In this document: positions 1 through 8,771 of the stretch, one piece after another | Position numbering within the stretch: position 1 is the first letter of the stretch | Layout: every line of letters starts with the position of its first letter | DNA from: a virus | Lineage: Duplodnaviria > Heunggongvirae > Uroviricota > Caudoviricetes | Reading direction: 5' to 3' (one strand) | IMG/VR virus record: IMGVR_UViG_2718217869_000004 | Length of the DNA: 43,551 bases | Translations under genes and position numbers: made by a program | The notes under the pieces: generated by a model | Seen by the model: only the letters and a program-made list of their open reading frames with translations | Told to the model about the DNA's origin: nothing | Databases searched by the model: none

Positions 1-459
1 TTACTTACGGCCCGTAAACGGGCTGCCCGGATAGGGAATCGATAACTGCTCTCCCATTTTATCCTCTTCAAGCTGGTGCTTTATGTAGTCCTGTATCTTC
101 GCCGTGTTCTTACCCACCGTATCGACATAGTACCCTCGGCACCAGAACTCCCTGTTTCTGTATTTGAATTTCAAATCCCCAAACTGCTCGTAAAGCATCA
201 GACTGCTTTTCCCTTTCAGATATCCCATAAAGCCGGATACGCTCATTTTGGGTGGGATTTCCACAAGCATATGGATATGATCTGCGCGGCACTCTGCTTC
301 CAGAATCCGTACGCTTTTCCACTCACACAGCTTTCTCAAAATACTGCCTATCGCCCTACGCTTCTCTCCGTAAAACGCCAGTCTTCGGTATTTCGGCGCA
401 AAAACTATGTGATATTTACAGTTCCAGCGGGTGTGCGCTAAGCTCTTTTCGTCCCCCAT
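1..459 (-). CDS. tnpA: IS200 transposase TnpA (HUH/Y1 type, 152 aa)
   Basis: Translation MGDEKSLAHTRWNCKYHIVFAPKYRR... matches IS200 TnpA; start at second Met of the ORF gives 152 aa; stop codon at window positions 1-3. Confidence 0.9.
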   Translation of the reverse strand: MGDEKSLAHTRWNCKYHIVFAPKYRRLAFYGEKRRAIGSILRKLCEWKSVRILEAECRADHIHMLVEIPPKMSVSGFMGYLKGKSSLMLYEQFGDLKFKYRNREFWCRGYYVDTVGKNTAKIQDYIKHQLEEDKMGEQLSIPYPGSPFTGRK

Positions 460-650
460 TGGGACCCCCTTTTGATTTCTTGTTTGACACTTGCAGTTGC
501 CAGACCGCAAGGTGTTTTAACAAATCAAAAGGGGTTTTAATAACTGGCTCAAAGCTGAAAGCTTTCCGGAACCCCCAGCCTAGCTGGGGGTTTTCTGTGC
601 ACAAAAACAACGGGCGTATAACACGCCCGTTTCAATATTTAACACATGTA
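1..650 (-). mobile_element. IS200 (IS200/IS605 family) insertion sequence; right end cut by window edge, left end with subterminal hairpins abutting the icd fragment stop
   Basis: tnpA ORF plus about 190 bp of structured non-coding left end (hairpins cccccagcctagctggggg and aacgggcgtataacacgcccgtt); exact left boundary estimated. Confidence 0.8.
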
Positions 651-653
651 GAG

Positions 654-835
654 ATTACATGTTCTTGATGATCGCATCACCAAACTCTGAACATTTCAGC
701 AGTTTAGCGCCATCCATCAGACGCTCGAAGTCATAGGTTACAGTCTTGGCGTTGATTGCGCCTTCCATACCTTTAACAATCAGGTCTGCGGCTTCAGTCC
801 AGCCCATATGGCGCAGCAGTAGTTAGATGGTTCAT
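654..835 (-). pseudogene. icd: 3' fragment of isocitrate dehydrogenase gene (icdC-like att-site duplication at prophage end)
   Basis: Minus-strand translation ...[54 protein letters not shown] is the Icd C-terminus; similarity stops abruptly near 835. Confidence 0.85.
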
Positions 836-1263
836 ATACAACCGCATGATAAATAAAAATAATCCTATAATTTTATTGTAAATCAACTGGCTTTTATCTT
901 TCCCCTAACCTATTGATTATCAATGTATGTTTTTTGGTTTTGATAACCGTTTTAGAGGGCAAAAACAAGTGCCTGTACCTATCAGCCCCTTCACGGCAAA
1001 GGGATTTTAAATCATGCGTGTTTTCACAAACTATCAATGGCTTAACTAAATTTTTCGCCAATAACGTACGCTGTGAGTGAGAGGTGGATATGAAGTTACA
1101 CACTCCCGGAAAATAAAGAATTGAGCGTTATCTCATGCTATTAATGAAAAGTGTTTGCTTAATAGATTACATATAACTATGATTCAAGCCCAATTAAAGT
1201 CGTGTGTCTTTGGCTTAAATTGGCAAACAAACAATCAAGTCAAGAATATAAAGGAACTATTCA

Positions 1264-2232
1264 ATGAATAAGAATTATAAAACGTTTAAACTTGAACTAT
1301 GGGAGAAGTTTAAGCATCAATGTGCTTACTGTGGCACTAAACTTTATGAACCATTGATGGCGGATGTTGATCGTTTTTTCCCAAAATCAAAGTATACTGA
1401 CTTCCAAGATGCTACAGACAACCTGCTCATCGCTTGTAAGGCATGTAGCATGATTAAAAAAGATCAGTTTCCTCTCGATGAAAATGGCAAACCATTACTT
1501 CTAAATCCTTTAAATGAAAGTTTTTCAGAACATATAAAACAAAATAAAAATGGATATTTAGAAGGTTTAACTGAGCGAGGACATGCGACTATAGATATAT
1601 TACAGTTGAATAGACCTTCATTAATTGAACAGCGCATTCTAGATGTTATTGATATGCAGTACTCTGATGATCGAACGCTATCTGAACGAGATGTCTATAT
1701 GACATTCCAAAATAGTATGCAGAACGCCATAAAACTAAATGATGCTCAGTTAAAAATTGATAGCACTTTACAAATACAAATGTCGTATATGCTATATGCC
1801 AATACAATAACTTCCTTGGAAACATATTTATGTGACAGATTTATTTCCCTAATTCATGGTAGCCAAACTAATTTGAGAAATTTTGTTGAAACCTTCAAAG
1901 ATTACAATACAGAAAAATTCTTACTTTCTGAATTATTTATAAGGCATGAACAAATAGAGTCTCAAGCGATAGAGTCTATGAAGAGTGTTCTTTATCATAA
2001 TCTGCCAAAAGTAAGTGGCATGTATCGAGATACCTTTGGTATTAAATTCCCTGTTTTCACAGAAGTTTATAAAAGCGTGTTAATTAGGCATGACTTAGTT
2101 CATCGAGCAGGTAAAACAAAAAATGGTAATTTTCATAAGTTAGATTCAGAGTCAGTTAAAGATGTTATCAAAAAATGCTGTGACTTGGTTGAACAACTAG
2201 AAAAAGAGCTTAAAGATTGTGCATCATTCTAG
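1264..2232 (+). CDS. HNH-like nuclease-fold protein (322 aa) with degenerate N-terminal HNH motif and unknown C-terminal domain; AT-rich cargo gene
   Basis: CAYCGTKL...VDRFFPKSKY...DNLLIACKACSMIKKD resembles a C-x2-C...(D/E)H..P.S...NL..C..C HNH finger but with Arg in place of the His and no Asn; strong AT bias versus phage core. Confidence 0.75.
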   Translation: MNKNYKTFKLELWEKFKHQCAYCGTKLYEPLMADVDRFFPKSKYTDFQDATDNLLIACKACSMIKKDQFPLDENGKPLLLNPLNESFSEHIKQNKNGYLEGLTERGHATIDILQLNRPSLIEQRILDVIDMQYSDDRTLSERDVYMTFQNSMQNAIKLNDAQLKIDSTLQIQMSYMLYANTITSLETYLCDRFISLIHGSQTNLRNFVETFKDYNTEKFLLSELFIRHEQIESQAIESMKSVLYHNLPKVSGMYRDTFGIKFPVFTEVYKSVLIRHDLVHRAGKTKNGNFHKLDSESVKDVIKKCCDLVEQLEKELKDCASF

Positions 2233-2428
2233 GTAATTGCCACCAAATCGAAGGTGATCGCGCTTGCGGTCACCAAAAGTAATAAACTATTCATTCCCAT
2301 TCGATCATCTGAACCAACACAATTTTATTTAATAAAGTTGACCTACTTCATTATTTGATACCCATCCAATGTGCGCAAGGGCTGCTTCTGGCACATGGTT
2401 ACCCTTGATGAGAAGGTAGATCACCGCC

Positions 2429-2546
2429 ATGGGGTGTCGGGGGCGGAGGTTCAAATCCTCTCGTGCTGACCAAAAATCCTCGAAGAACCAGCCTGTTACG
2501 GCTGGTTTTTTTTGCCTGTTTTCTGAACGGGGAAGCAATGGGGAAA
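2429..2546 (+). repeat. Direct repeat copy 1: tRNA-Pro-like 3' fragment (T-arm GGTTCAAATCC, acceptor 3' strand, CCA) plus downstream hairpin/T-run
   Basis: atggggtgtcgggggcggaggttcaaatcctctcgtgctgacca followed by ccagcc-tgttac-ggctgg-ttttttt; near-identical copy at 3600-3716; no 5' tRNA half upstream. Confidence 0.75.
2486..2513 (+). terminator. Rho-independent terminator-like hairpin inside direct repeat copy 1
   Basis: aaccagcc tgttac ggctggtt followed by a T8 run. Confidence 0.55.
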
Positions 2547-2735
2547 TTAGCTTACGGTTGACCCCACTGCGAAAAGCGCAGATTTTTATCAATGGACGTA
2601 CATAGGGTAGATAAGGCACAATACTGCTTCAATGTCGTCTGATGGTATTGTAATACTAATTACATCAGATGATTTAACTAGATTAGTTCTTTATAGAAAT
2701 CATTCTTGAATATTAATTGGCTGACTGAGGTTTTT

Positions 2736-3521
2736 ATGGATGAAAAATACAGAAGATTTGTTGATGAGGTTGACTTTTCAAGACAATTATTAGGCATAGG
2801 GCTCACTTCCCTAAGGAAAGCAAATTTTGCAAGTAGAGGATTGTATTTTCAAGCATTATCCGGCATCAGTTTAGGATTAGAAAGGCTTATGAAACTTTGC
2901 CTTATGCTTGATGATTATAATAAAAATGGAAAATATACATCACGCAAAAAATTAAGAGATTACGGTCATAACTTAAGCAAGTTATTCAACCTAGTCATTG
3001 AGAGAGTTGATTCTCCCTCTGGCTTAAATGAAATTCACTACAGAGTGATGGAGTTGTTAACTAATTTTGCAAATTCATCAAGATATAGTAATATTGATTT
3101 CATTACTAATGACAACGACAATGATCCCATGAAGCAATGGTATAATGAAATCGATAAGAGCATTTACGATGAAATATTAACAAAAAGACAAAAAAATATA
3201 ATTGATAAAAAATGCGAGCAATACCGAAGCTATGGTGAAACACTGCCATGCTATGTGCTTGGATATTATGATGAAGACAGAAACCATATAAACTCTGCAG
3301 GGGATTTAAATTATTTACTTAAAAGAAGTGAAATGCTTGCTGGTTATCGCACTTTATTAGTTATTCATATCATAGAATGCATCTATAACATATTAGACTC
3401 AATGACAGTTCAAGCAAAAGATAATCACTTCCACCATCTTGAATTAGGTCGTTTTTTTGCAACCATCATTTATGGCTCTGATAGAGACAAAATCAATAGA
3501 AAAAATTTTATCCGTATGTGA
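2736..3521 (+). CDS. Hypothetical protein (about 261 aa), AT-rich, unrecognised family; candidate accessory/defence gene
   Basis: Long ORF with GAGG RBS 6 nt upstream of ATG at 2736; sits exactly between the two tRNA-fragment direct repeats. Confidence 0.7.
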   Translation: MDEKYRRFVDEVDFSRQLLGIGLTSLRKANFASRGLYFQALSGISLGLERLMKLCLMLDDYNKNGKYTSRKKLRDYGHNLSKLFNLVIERVDSPSGLNEIHYRVMELLTNFANSSRYSNIDFITNDNDNDPMKQWYNEIDKSIYDEILTKRQKNIIDKKCEQYRSYGETLPCYVLGYYDEDRNHINSAGDLNYLLKRSEMLAGYRTLLVIHIIECIYNILDSMTVQAKDNHFHHLELGRFFATIIYGSDRDKINRKNFIRM

Positions 3522-3599
3522 GACTACGAAGCGACCGACGAATGATGCTATCAACTTACTGTAGACGCATATAGGCCATCAGAATATTAGCACGACACT

Positions 3600-3716
3600 A
3601 TGGGGTGTCGGGGGGCGGAGGTTCAAATCCTCTCGTGCCGACCAAAAATCCTCGAAGAACCAGCCTGTTACGGCTGGTTTTTTTGCCTGTTTTCTGAACG
3701 GGGAAGCAATGGGGAA
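3600..3716 (+). repeat. Direct repeat copy 2: tRNA-Pro-like 3' fragment plus terminator hairpin
   Basis: atggggtgtcggggggcggaggttcaaatcctctcgtgccgacca...ccagcctgttacggctggttttttt; differs from copy 1 by a few indels/substitutions. Confidence 0.75.
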
Positions 3717-4111
3717 TTACAGGGGAAAAACCCCGTCAAATGTTGCCCCCGTATCGCTAGCACACAATGATTAAGTATCTTTTTCACTTTCGGAATTCAT
3801 CAATTCACAAAACCATCATTCCGATTTACCTTACATGCTCCTTTTAAATCTTTAACGGTGTGCACCACTTTTTCTAACTGCCCTATACTTTCAGTCTGAC
3901 ATACGGCTGGAGGTTTCTATGTGTGGACGCTTTTCACAGTCAATGACCCGTGAAGATTATCTTGCCCTTCTCGCTGATGAATCAGAACGCGATATTCCAT
4001 ACGATCCAGAACCCATCGGAAGATTCAACGTAGCGCCAGGAACAAAAGTTCTGCTTCTGAGCGAACGTGATGAGCAGTTGCATCTTGATCCAGTTATCTG
4101 GGGATACGCCC

Positions 4112-5450
4112 CATAAGCGCTAACTTAAGGGTTGTGGTATTACGCCTGATATGATTTAACGTGCCGATGAATTACTCTCACGATAACTGGTCAGCAATTC
4201 TGGCCCATATTGGTAAGCCCGAAGAACTGGATACTTCGGCACGTAATGCCGGGGCTCTAACCCGCCGCCGCGAAATTCGTGATGCTGCAACTCTGCTACG
4301 TCTGGGGCTGGCTTACGGCCCCGGGGGGATGTCATTACGTGAAGTCACTGCATGGGCTCAGCTCCATGACGTTGCAACATTATCTGACGTGGCTCTCCTG
4401 AAGCGGCTGCGGAATGCCGCCGACTGGTTTGGCATACTTGCCGCACAAACACTTGCTGTACGCGCCGCAGTTACGGGTTGTACAAGCGGAAAGAGATTGC
4501 GTCTTGTCGATGGAACAGCAATCAGTGCGCCCGGGGGCGGCAGCGCTGAATGGCGACTACATATGGGATATGATCCTCATACCTGTCAGTTCACTGATTT
4601 TGAGCTAACCGACAGCAGAGACGCTGAACGGCTGGACCGATTTGCGCAAACGGCAGACGAGATACGCATTGCTGACCGGGGATTCGGTTCGCGTCCCGAA
4701 TGTATCCGCTCACTTGCTTTTGGAGAAGCTGATTATATCGTCCGGGTTCACTGGCGAGGATTGCGCTGGTTAACTGCAGAAGGAATGCGCTTTGACATGA
4801 TGGGTTTTCTGCGCGGGCTGGATTGCGGTAAGAACGGTGAAACCACTGTAATGATAGGCAATTCAGGTAATAAAAAAGCCGGAGCTCCCTTTCCGGCACG
4901 TCTCATTGCCGTATCACTTCCTCCCGAAAAAGCATTAATCAGTAAAACCCGACTGCTCAGCGAGAATCGTCGAAAAGGACGAGTAGTTCAGGCGGAAACG
5001 CTGGAAGCAGCGGGCCATGTGCTATTGCTAACATCATTACCGGAAGATGAATATTCAGCAGAGCAAGTGGCTGATTGTTACCGTCTGCGATGGCAAATTG
5101 AACTGGCTTTTAAGCGGCTCAAAAGTTTGCTGCACCTGGATGCTTTGCGTGCAAAGGAACCTGAACTCGCGAAAGCGTGGATATTTGCTAATCTACTCGC
5201 CGCATTTTTAATTGACGACATAATCCAGCCATCGCTGGATTTCCCCCCCAGAAGTGCCGGATCCGAAAAGAAGAACTAACTCGTTGTGGAGAATAACAAA
5301 AATGGTCATCTGGAGCTTACAGGTGGCCATTCGTGGGACAGTATCCCTGACAGCCTACAAAACGCAATTGAAGAACGCGAGGCATCGTCTTAACGAGGCA
5401 CCGAGGCGTCGCATTCTTCAGATGGTTCAACCCTTAAGTTAGCGCTTATG
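4112..5450 (+). mobile_element. IS186 (IS4 family), 1339 bp, with 23-bp terminal inverted repeats and 10-bp target duplication
   Basis: Ends CATAAGCGCTAACTTAAGGGTTG ... CAACCCTTAAGTTAGCGCTTATG; flanking direct repeat GGATACGCCC at 4102-4111 and 5451-5460. Confidence 0.9.
4167..5279 (+). CDS. IS186 transposase (370 aa)
   Basis: Translation MNYSHDNWSAILAHIGKPEELDTSARNAGAL... matches the IS186 transposase; lies between the IRs. Confidence 0.9.
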   Translation: MNYSHDNWSAILAHIGKPEELDTSARNAGALTRRREIRDAATLLRLGLAYGPGGMSLREVTAWAQLHDVATLSDVALLKRLRNAADWFGILAAQTLAVRAAVTGCTSGKRLRLVDGTAISAPGGGSAEWRLHMGYDPHTCQFTDFELTDSRDAERLDRFAQTADEIRIADRGFGSRPECIRSLAFGEADYIVRVHWRGLRWLTAEGMRFDMMGFLRGLDCGKNGETTVMIGNSGNKKAGAPFPARLIAVSLPPEKALISKTRLLSENRRKGRVVQAETLEAAGHVLLLTSLPEDEYSAEQVADCYRLRWQIELAFKRLKSLLHLDALRAKEPELAKAWIFANLLAAFLIDDIIQPSLDFPPRSAGSEKKN

Positions 5451-5936
5451 GGATACGCCCCCGGTTGGTGGGATAAACCGCCGCTCATTAATGCACGGTC
5501 TGAAACTGCTGCCACCAGCAGAATGTTTAAACCACTCTGGCAGCATGGCCGCGCAATTTGCTTTGCTGATGGATGGTATGAGTGGAAAAAGGAAGGCGAC
5601 CAAAAACAACCCTACTTTATTCACCGGGCAGACGGTCAGCCGATTTTTATGGCGGCGATCGGCAGCACACCATTCGAACGTGGAGATGAAGCAGAAGGTT
5701 TCCTGATAGTTACAGCTGCAGCTGACAAAGGACTGGTTGATATTCACGACAGACGACCACTGGTACTGCTACCGGAAGCCGCGCGTGAATGGATGAGGCA
5801 GGATGTTGGAGGGAAAGAAGCAGCGGAAATTGCAGCCGACGGTGTTGTACCGGCTGATAAATTTATATGGCACGCCGTAACGCGTGCCGTCGGGAATGTG
5901 AAAAATCAGGGCGCCGAACTAATAACGCCAATATGA

Positions 5937-6358
<422 letters not shown>

Positions 6359-6360
6359 GG

Positions 6361-6603
6361 CTAAAGTCCTCCGTTTGGATTGAACAGCTGAAAGGTTCGG
6401 TTCTCGCCTTCCTGCGTTGATACATCGCGGAATGTTGTCACATAACATTCTATCCAATCGTTGGCCTGCTTCATCGTCCAGTGCCAGTTAACCTTACCCA
6501 GTTCCTGGACAAACCGCTGTGTGGTGACAGTCTTCCGGCCATTCGGTTCTCGCTGTATCGAAGCATGCCAGGCTATTTCAATATCGCTACGTTGTGGCAT
6601 CAT
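6361..6603 (-). CDS. Hypothetical small protein (about 80 aa) immediately upstream of and translationally coupled to the UmuD-like gene; possibly ImpC-like
   Basis: ORF MMPQRSDIEIAWHASIQREPNGRK...; its stop is 2 nt from the UmuD-like ATG; LexA box 40 bp upstream; start codon choice uncertain. Confidence 0.5.
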   Translation of the reverse strand: MMPQRSDIEIAWHASIQREPNGRKTVTTQRFVQELGKVNWHWTMKQANDWIECYVTTFRDVSTQEGENRTFQLFNPNGGL

Positions 6604-6642
6604 TAACCCCTTCTTGAACACTGGATAAAAAAACAGCATAAG

Positions 6643-6662
6643 CACTGTGTATCCATCCAGTA
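6643..6662. promoter_or_regulatory. LexA (SOS) box between divergent dinI-like and small-ORF/umuD-like units
   Basis: cACTGTgtatccatcCAGTa fits CTG-N10-CAG consensus TACTGT(AT)4ACAGTA; 16 bp upstream of the dinI-like start. Confidence 0.65.
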
Positions 6663-6677
6663 AAGAGGCAATAAGCA

Positions 6678-6920
6678 ATGTTCGTGGAACTCGTTTATGA
6701 CAAAAGGAATTTTGATGGCCTGCCCGGTGCAAAAGATATCATTCTGGGCGAATTGACTAAGAGGGTTCACCGGGTCTTCCCTGATGCTGATGTCCGGGTA
6801 AAACCGATGATGACACTGCCGGCGATCAACACTGACGCCAGCAAGCATGAGAAGGAACAGATAAGCCGTACTGTTCAGGAAATGTTTGAAAAGGCTGATA
6901 TGTGGCTGGTTTCAGATTAA
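6678..6920 (+). CDS. dinI: DinI family protein (DNA damage-inducible protein I homologue, 80 aa)
   Basis: Size and C-terminal ...QISRTVQEMFEKADMWLVSD resemble DinI (...QRISEILQETWESADDWFVSE); AGAGG RBS; LexA box upstream. Confidence 0.8.
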   Translation: MFVELVYDKRNFDGLPGAKDIILGELTKRVHRVFPDADVRVKPMMTLPAINTDASKHEKEQISRTVQEMFEKADMWLVSD

Positions 6921-7048
6921 ACGCCTTGAACCGTCATATTGCTTAAGTACAATCCGCCGTGACTGGCAATCATTCAATACTCGCACTATCGAACGTTCGC
7001 CAGTTCGTCGCCGCCCGTTCTTGCATACGACGACGCGGTGGCGTTTTC

Positions 7049-7600
7049 TCAACGCCGCGCAGGAAATTTTTTGTATAGCGTCGACACCCCTACATCATAA
7101 ATTATAGCCACACGTTTTCTAGACTCACCTGCAGCAATCAACCTTCCAGCCTGAGCCCACTCTTCTGCGGTTAACTTTGGTCGTCTGCCGCCGATCCGAC
7201 CATCTTCGCGCGCAGCAGCTAAGCCAGCCCGTGTTCGCTTAACAATAAGCTCTCTTTCCATCTCGGCAAGCGCCCCCATGACATGAAAGAAAAAGCGCCC
7301 CATTGGTGTTGAGGTATCTATACTGTCGGTCAGGCTACGGAAGTTTACCCCTCGCTCCCTCATTTCTTCGACCAGCACGACAAGATGCCGCATGCTGCGA
7401 CCGAGGCGATCCAGCTTCCAGACAACCAGAGTGTCACCTTCCGATAATGTCCTGAGCAGTTTTTTCAATCCCGGCCTTTCGGACTTTGTACCGCTTATCT
7501 TGTCTTCAAAAATCAGCTCGCATCCTGCACAGTTCAGCGCATTACGTTGTAGATCTGTGTTCTGGTCATTTGTTGACACACGTACATAGCCAATAAGCAT
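7049..7600 (-). CDS. pin: Pin/Gin-family DNA invertase (serine recombinase)
   Basis: MLIGYVRVSTNDQNTDLQRNAL...VVWKLDRLGRSM...HTH tail; typical resolvase/invertase motifs; next to the invertible tail-fibre segment. Confidence 0.9.
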   Translation of the reverse strand: MLIGYVRVSTNDQNTDLQRNALNCAGCELIFEDKISGTKSERPGLKKLLRTLSEGDTLVVWKLDRLGRSMRHLVVLVEEMRERGVNFRSLTDSIDTSTPMGRFFFHVMGALAEMERELIVKRTRAGLAAAREDGRIGGRRPKLTAEEWAQAGRLIAAGESRKRVAIIYDVGVSTLYKKFPARR

Positions 7601-7654
7601 GGTAGATCTCCCTGACAAAAGCAGGGATGATGCCATTTGCTCGTTATTTCTGCA

Positions 7655-7680
7655 TTTTCATAAATGTTGGTTTGGGAGAA
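7655..7680. other. Inversion crossover site 1 (gix/pix-like 26-bp site)
   Basis: TTTTCATAAATGTTGGTTTGGGAGAA; reverse complement shares half-site TCTCCCAAACC-AA with site 2 and resembles gix TTATCCAAAACC. Confidence 0.65.
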
Positions 7681-8169
7681 GGCTCTGCATTACCTGTTGG
7701 TGTCCCTGTTCCGTGGCCCTCAGCCACTCCGCCAACAGGCTGGCTAAAATGCAACGGAGCAGCTTTTTCTGCTGAAGAATATCCGGAACTGGCAAAGGCT
7801 TACCCGACAAATAAATTGCCTGATTTACGCGGTGAATTTATCCGTGGCTGGGATGACGGGCGTGGTATTGATGCTGTACGTGCCTTGCTAAGTCTTCAGA
7901 ATGGAGGAGTGGAATCACACACCCACCAAGGGCAGCTCTTCAGAGTTAGTGATTATCGTACAAAAGAAATACCAGCATCAGAAGTTATGGGAAGAGGATA
8001 TATTGCAAGCCTGACGCCGGGTGCTGATAGCCCACTTGATTTTGATGATTATTCTGTATCTTCTAATCCAAATGGATATTTTGTCGGGAATCAGAGAACA
8101 ACAGCATATGGGATAAATGAAACCCGTCCACGGAATATTGCATTTAACTATATCGTGAGGGCTGCATAA
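7669..8169 (+). CDS. Alternative tail-fibre C-terminal variable segment (silent in current orientation)
   Basis: ORF ...GAAFSAEEYPELAKAYPTNKLPDLRGEFIRGWDDGRGID... typical fibre tip; frame at the crossover site matches the constant fibre N-terminus after inversion. Confidence 0.7.
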   Translation, partial: GLGEGSALPVGVPVPWPSATPPTGWLKCNGAAFSAEEYPELAKAYPTNKLPDLRGEFIRGWDDGRGIDAVRALLSLQNGGVESHTHQGQLFRVSDYRTKEIPASEVMGRGYIASLTPGADSPLDFDDYSVSSNPNGYFVGNQRTTAYGINETRPRNIAFNYIVRAA

Positions 8170-8771
8170 TGGATAATGCTGTATTAAATAGCGAGTTTAT
8201 TGCTACAAAGGCGGGGAATATTACCGTCTATAACTATGATGGCGAAACACGGGAATATATTTCCACATCAACTGAATATCTTGCCGTTGGTGTCGGTATC
8301 CCTGCATATTCCTGTTTAGATGCCCCTGGCACATACAAAGCTGGTTATGCAATCTGCCGATCTGTAGATTTTAACTCATGGGAATATGTGCCAGACCATC
8401 GCGGTGAAATCGTCTTTAGCACCGAAACAGGAGAATCAAAAGAAATCACAGCTCCGGGTGATTACCCTGATAATACAACCACTATCGCCCCGTTAACGCC
8501 ATACGATAAATGGGATGGTGAGAAATGGGTGACGGATACCGAAGCACAGCATAGCGCCGCAGTAGATGCAGCAGAAGCACAGCGCCAGTCACTGATTGAT
8601 ACTGCAATGGCTTCAATCAGTCTGATTCAGCTGAAATTGCAGGCCGGACGTAAACTGACGCAGGCAGAAACAACCAGCCTTAACGCTGTGCTGGATTACA
8701 TTGACGCGGTGACGGCAACAGATACCAGCACCGCGCCGGATGTCATCTGGCCTGAACTGCCGGAGGCGTAG
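8169..8771 (+). CDS. tfa: Tail fibre assembly protein (Tfa, alternative cassette)
   Basis: MDNAVLNSEFIATKAGNITVYNYDGETREY... Tfa-like; conserved C-terminal ...DAVTATDTSTAPDVIWPELPEA shared with the other Tfa. Confidence 0.8.
   Translation: MDNAVLNSEFIATKAGNITVYNYDGETREYISTSTEYLAVGVGIPAYSCLDAPGTYKAGYAICRSVDFNSWEYVPDHRGEIVFSTETGESKEITAPGDYPDNTTTIAPLTPYDKWDGEKWVTDTEAQHSAAVDAAEAQRQSLIDTAMASISLIQLKLQAGRKLTQAETTSLNAVLDYIDAVTATDTSTAPDVIWPELPEA

Larger units (their letters stand above)
3919..5936 (+). pseudogene. yedK: yedK-like SRAP (SOS response-associated peptidase) gene interrupted by IS186
   Basis: N-terminal part MCGRFSQS...DPVIWGYAP (3919-4111) and C-terminal part GWWDKPPLINARSET...AELITPI (5461-5936) join in frame once IS186 and one TSD copy are removed, giving 222 aa. 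Confidence 0.85.

Noticed and set aside
460-510. N-terminal 17-codon extension of the IS200 transposase ORF (MRSGNCKCQTRNQKGVP)
   Set aside because: IS200 TnpA is 152 aa starting MGDEK; the upstream extension runs into the structured left-end leader and lacks an RBS.
2429-2472. Functional tRNA gene (also the second copy at 3600-3644)
   Set aside because: Only the 3' part (anticodon-proximal region, T-arm, acceptor 3' strand, CCA) is present; no complementary 5' acceptor strand or D-arm upstream in either copy.
3717-3918. LexA box upstream of the yedK-like gene
   Set aside because: The only candidate (ctgccctatactttcag) has an 11-nt rather than 10-nt spacer and poor match to the flanking consensus.
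4414-4899. Two ORFs (4414-4608 plus strand, 4591-4899 minus strand) inside IS186
   Set aside because: They lie entirely within the IS186 transposase coding region in alternative frames or on the antisense strand; GC-rich chance ORFs.
5254-5747. ORFs 5254-5442, 5439-5747 and 5491-5706 around the IS186 right end
   Set aside because: They overlap the IS end and the yedK-like C-terminal coding frame; the real coding frame is the one continuing the SRAP protein.
6886-7107. ORF 6886-7107 between the dinI-like gene and pin
   Set aside because: Arg-rich translation, no RBS, overlaps the pin 3' end; likely non-coding intergenic sequence.
7627-7668. First 14 codons of ORF 7627-8169 as a genuine N-terminus
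   Set aside because: This stretch lies outside the invertible segment in the pin leader; the variable fibre segment is expressed only as a fusion after inversion, beginning at the crossover site.
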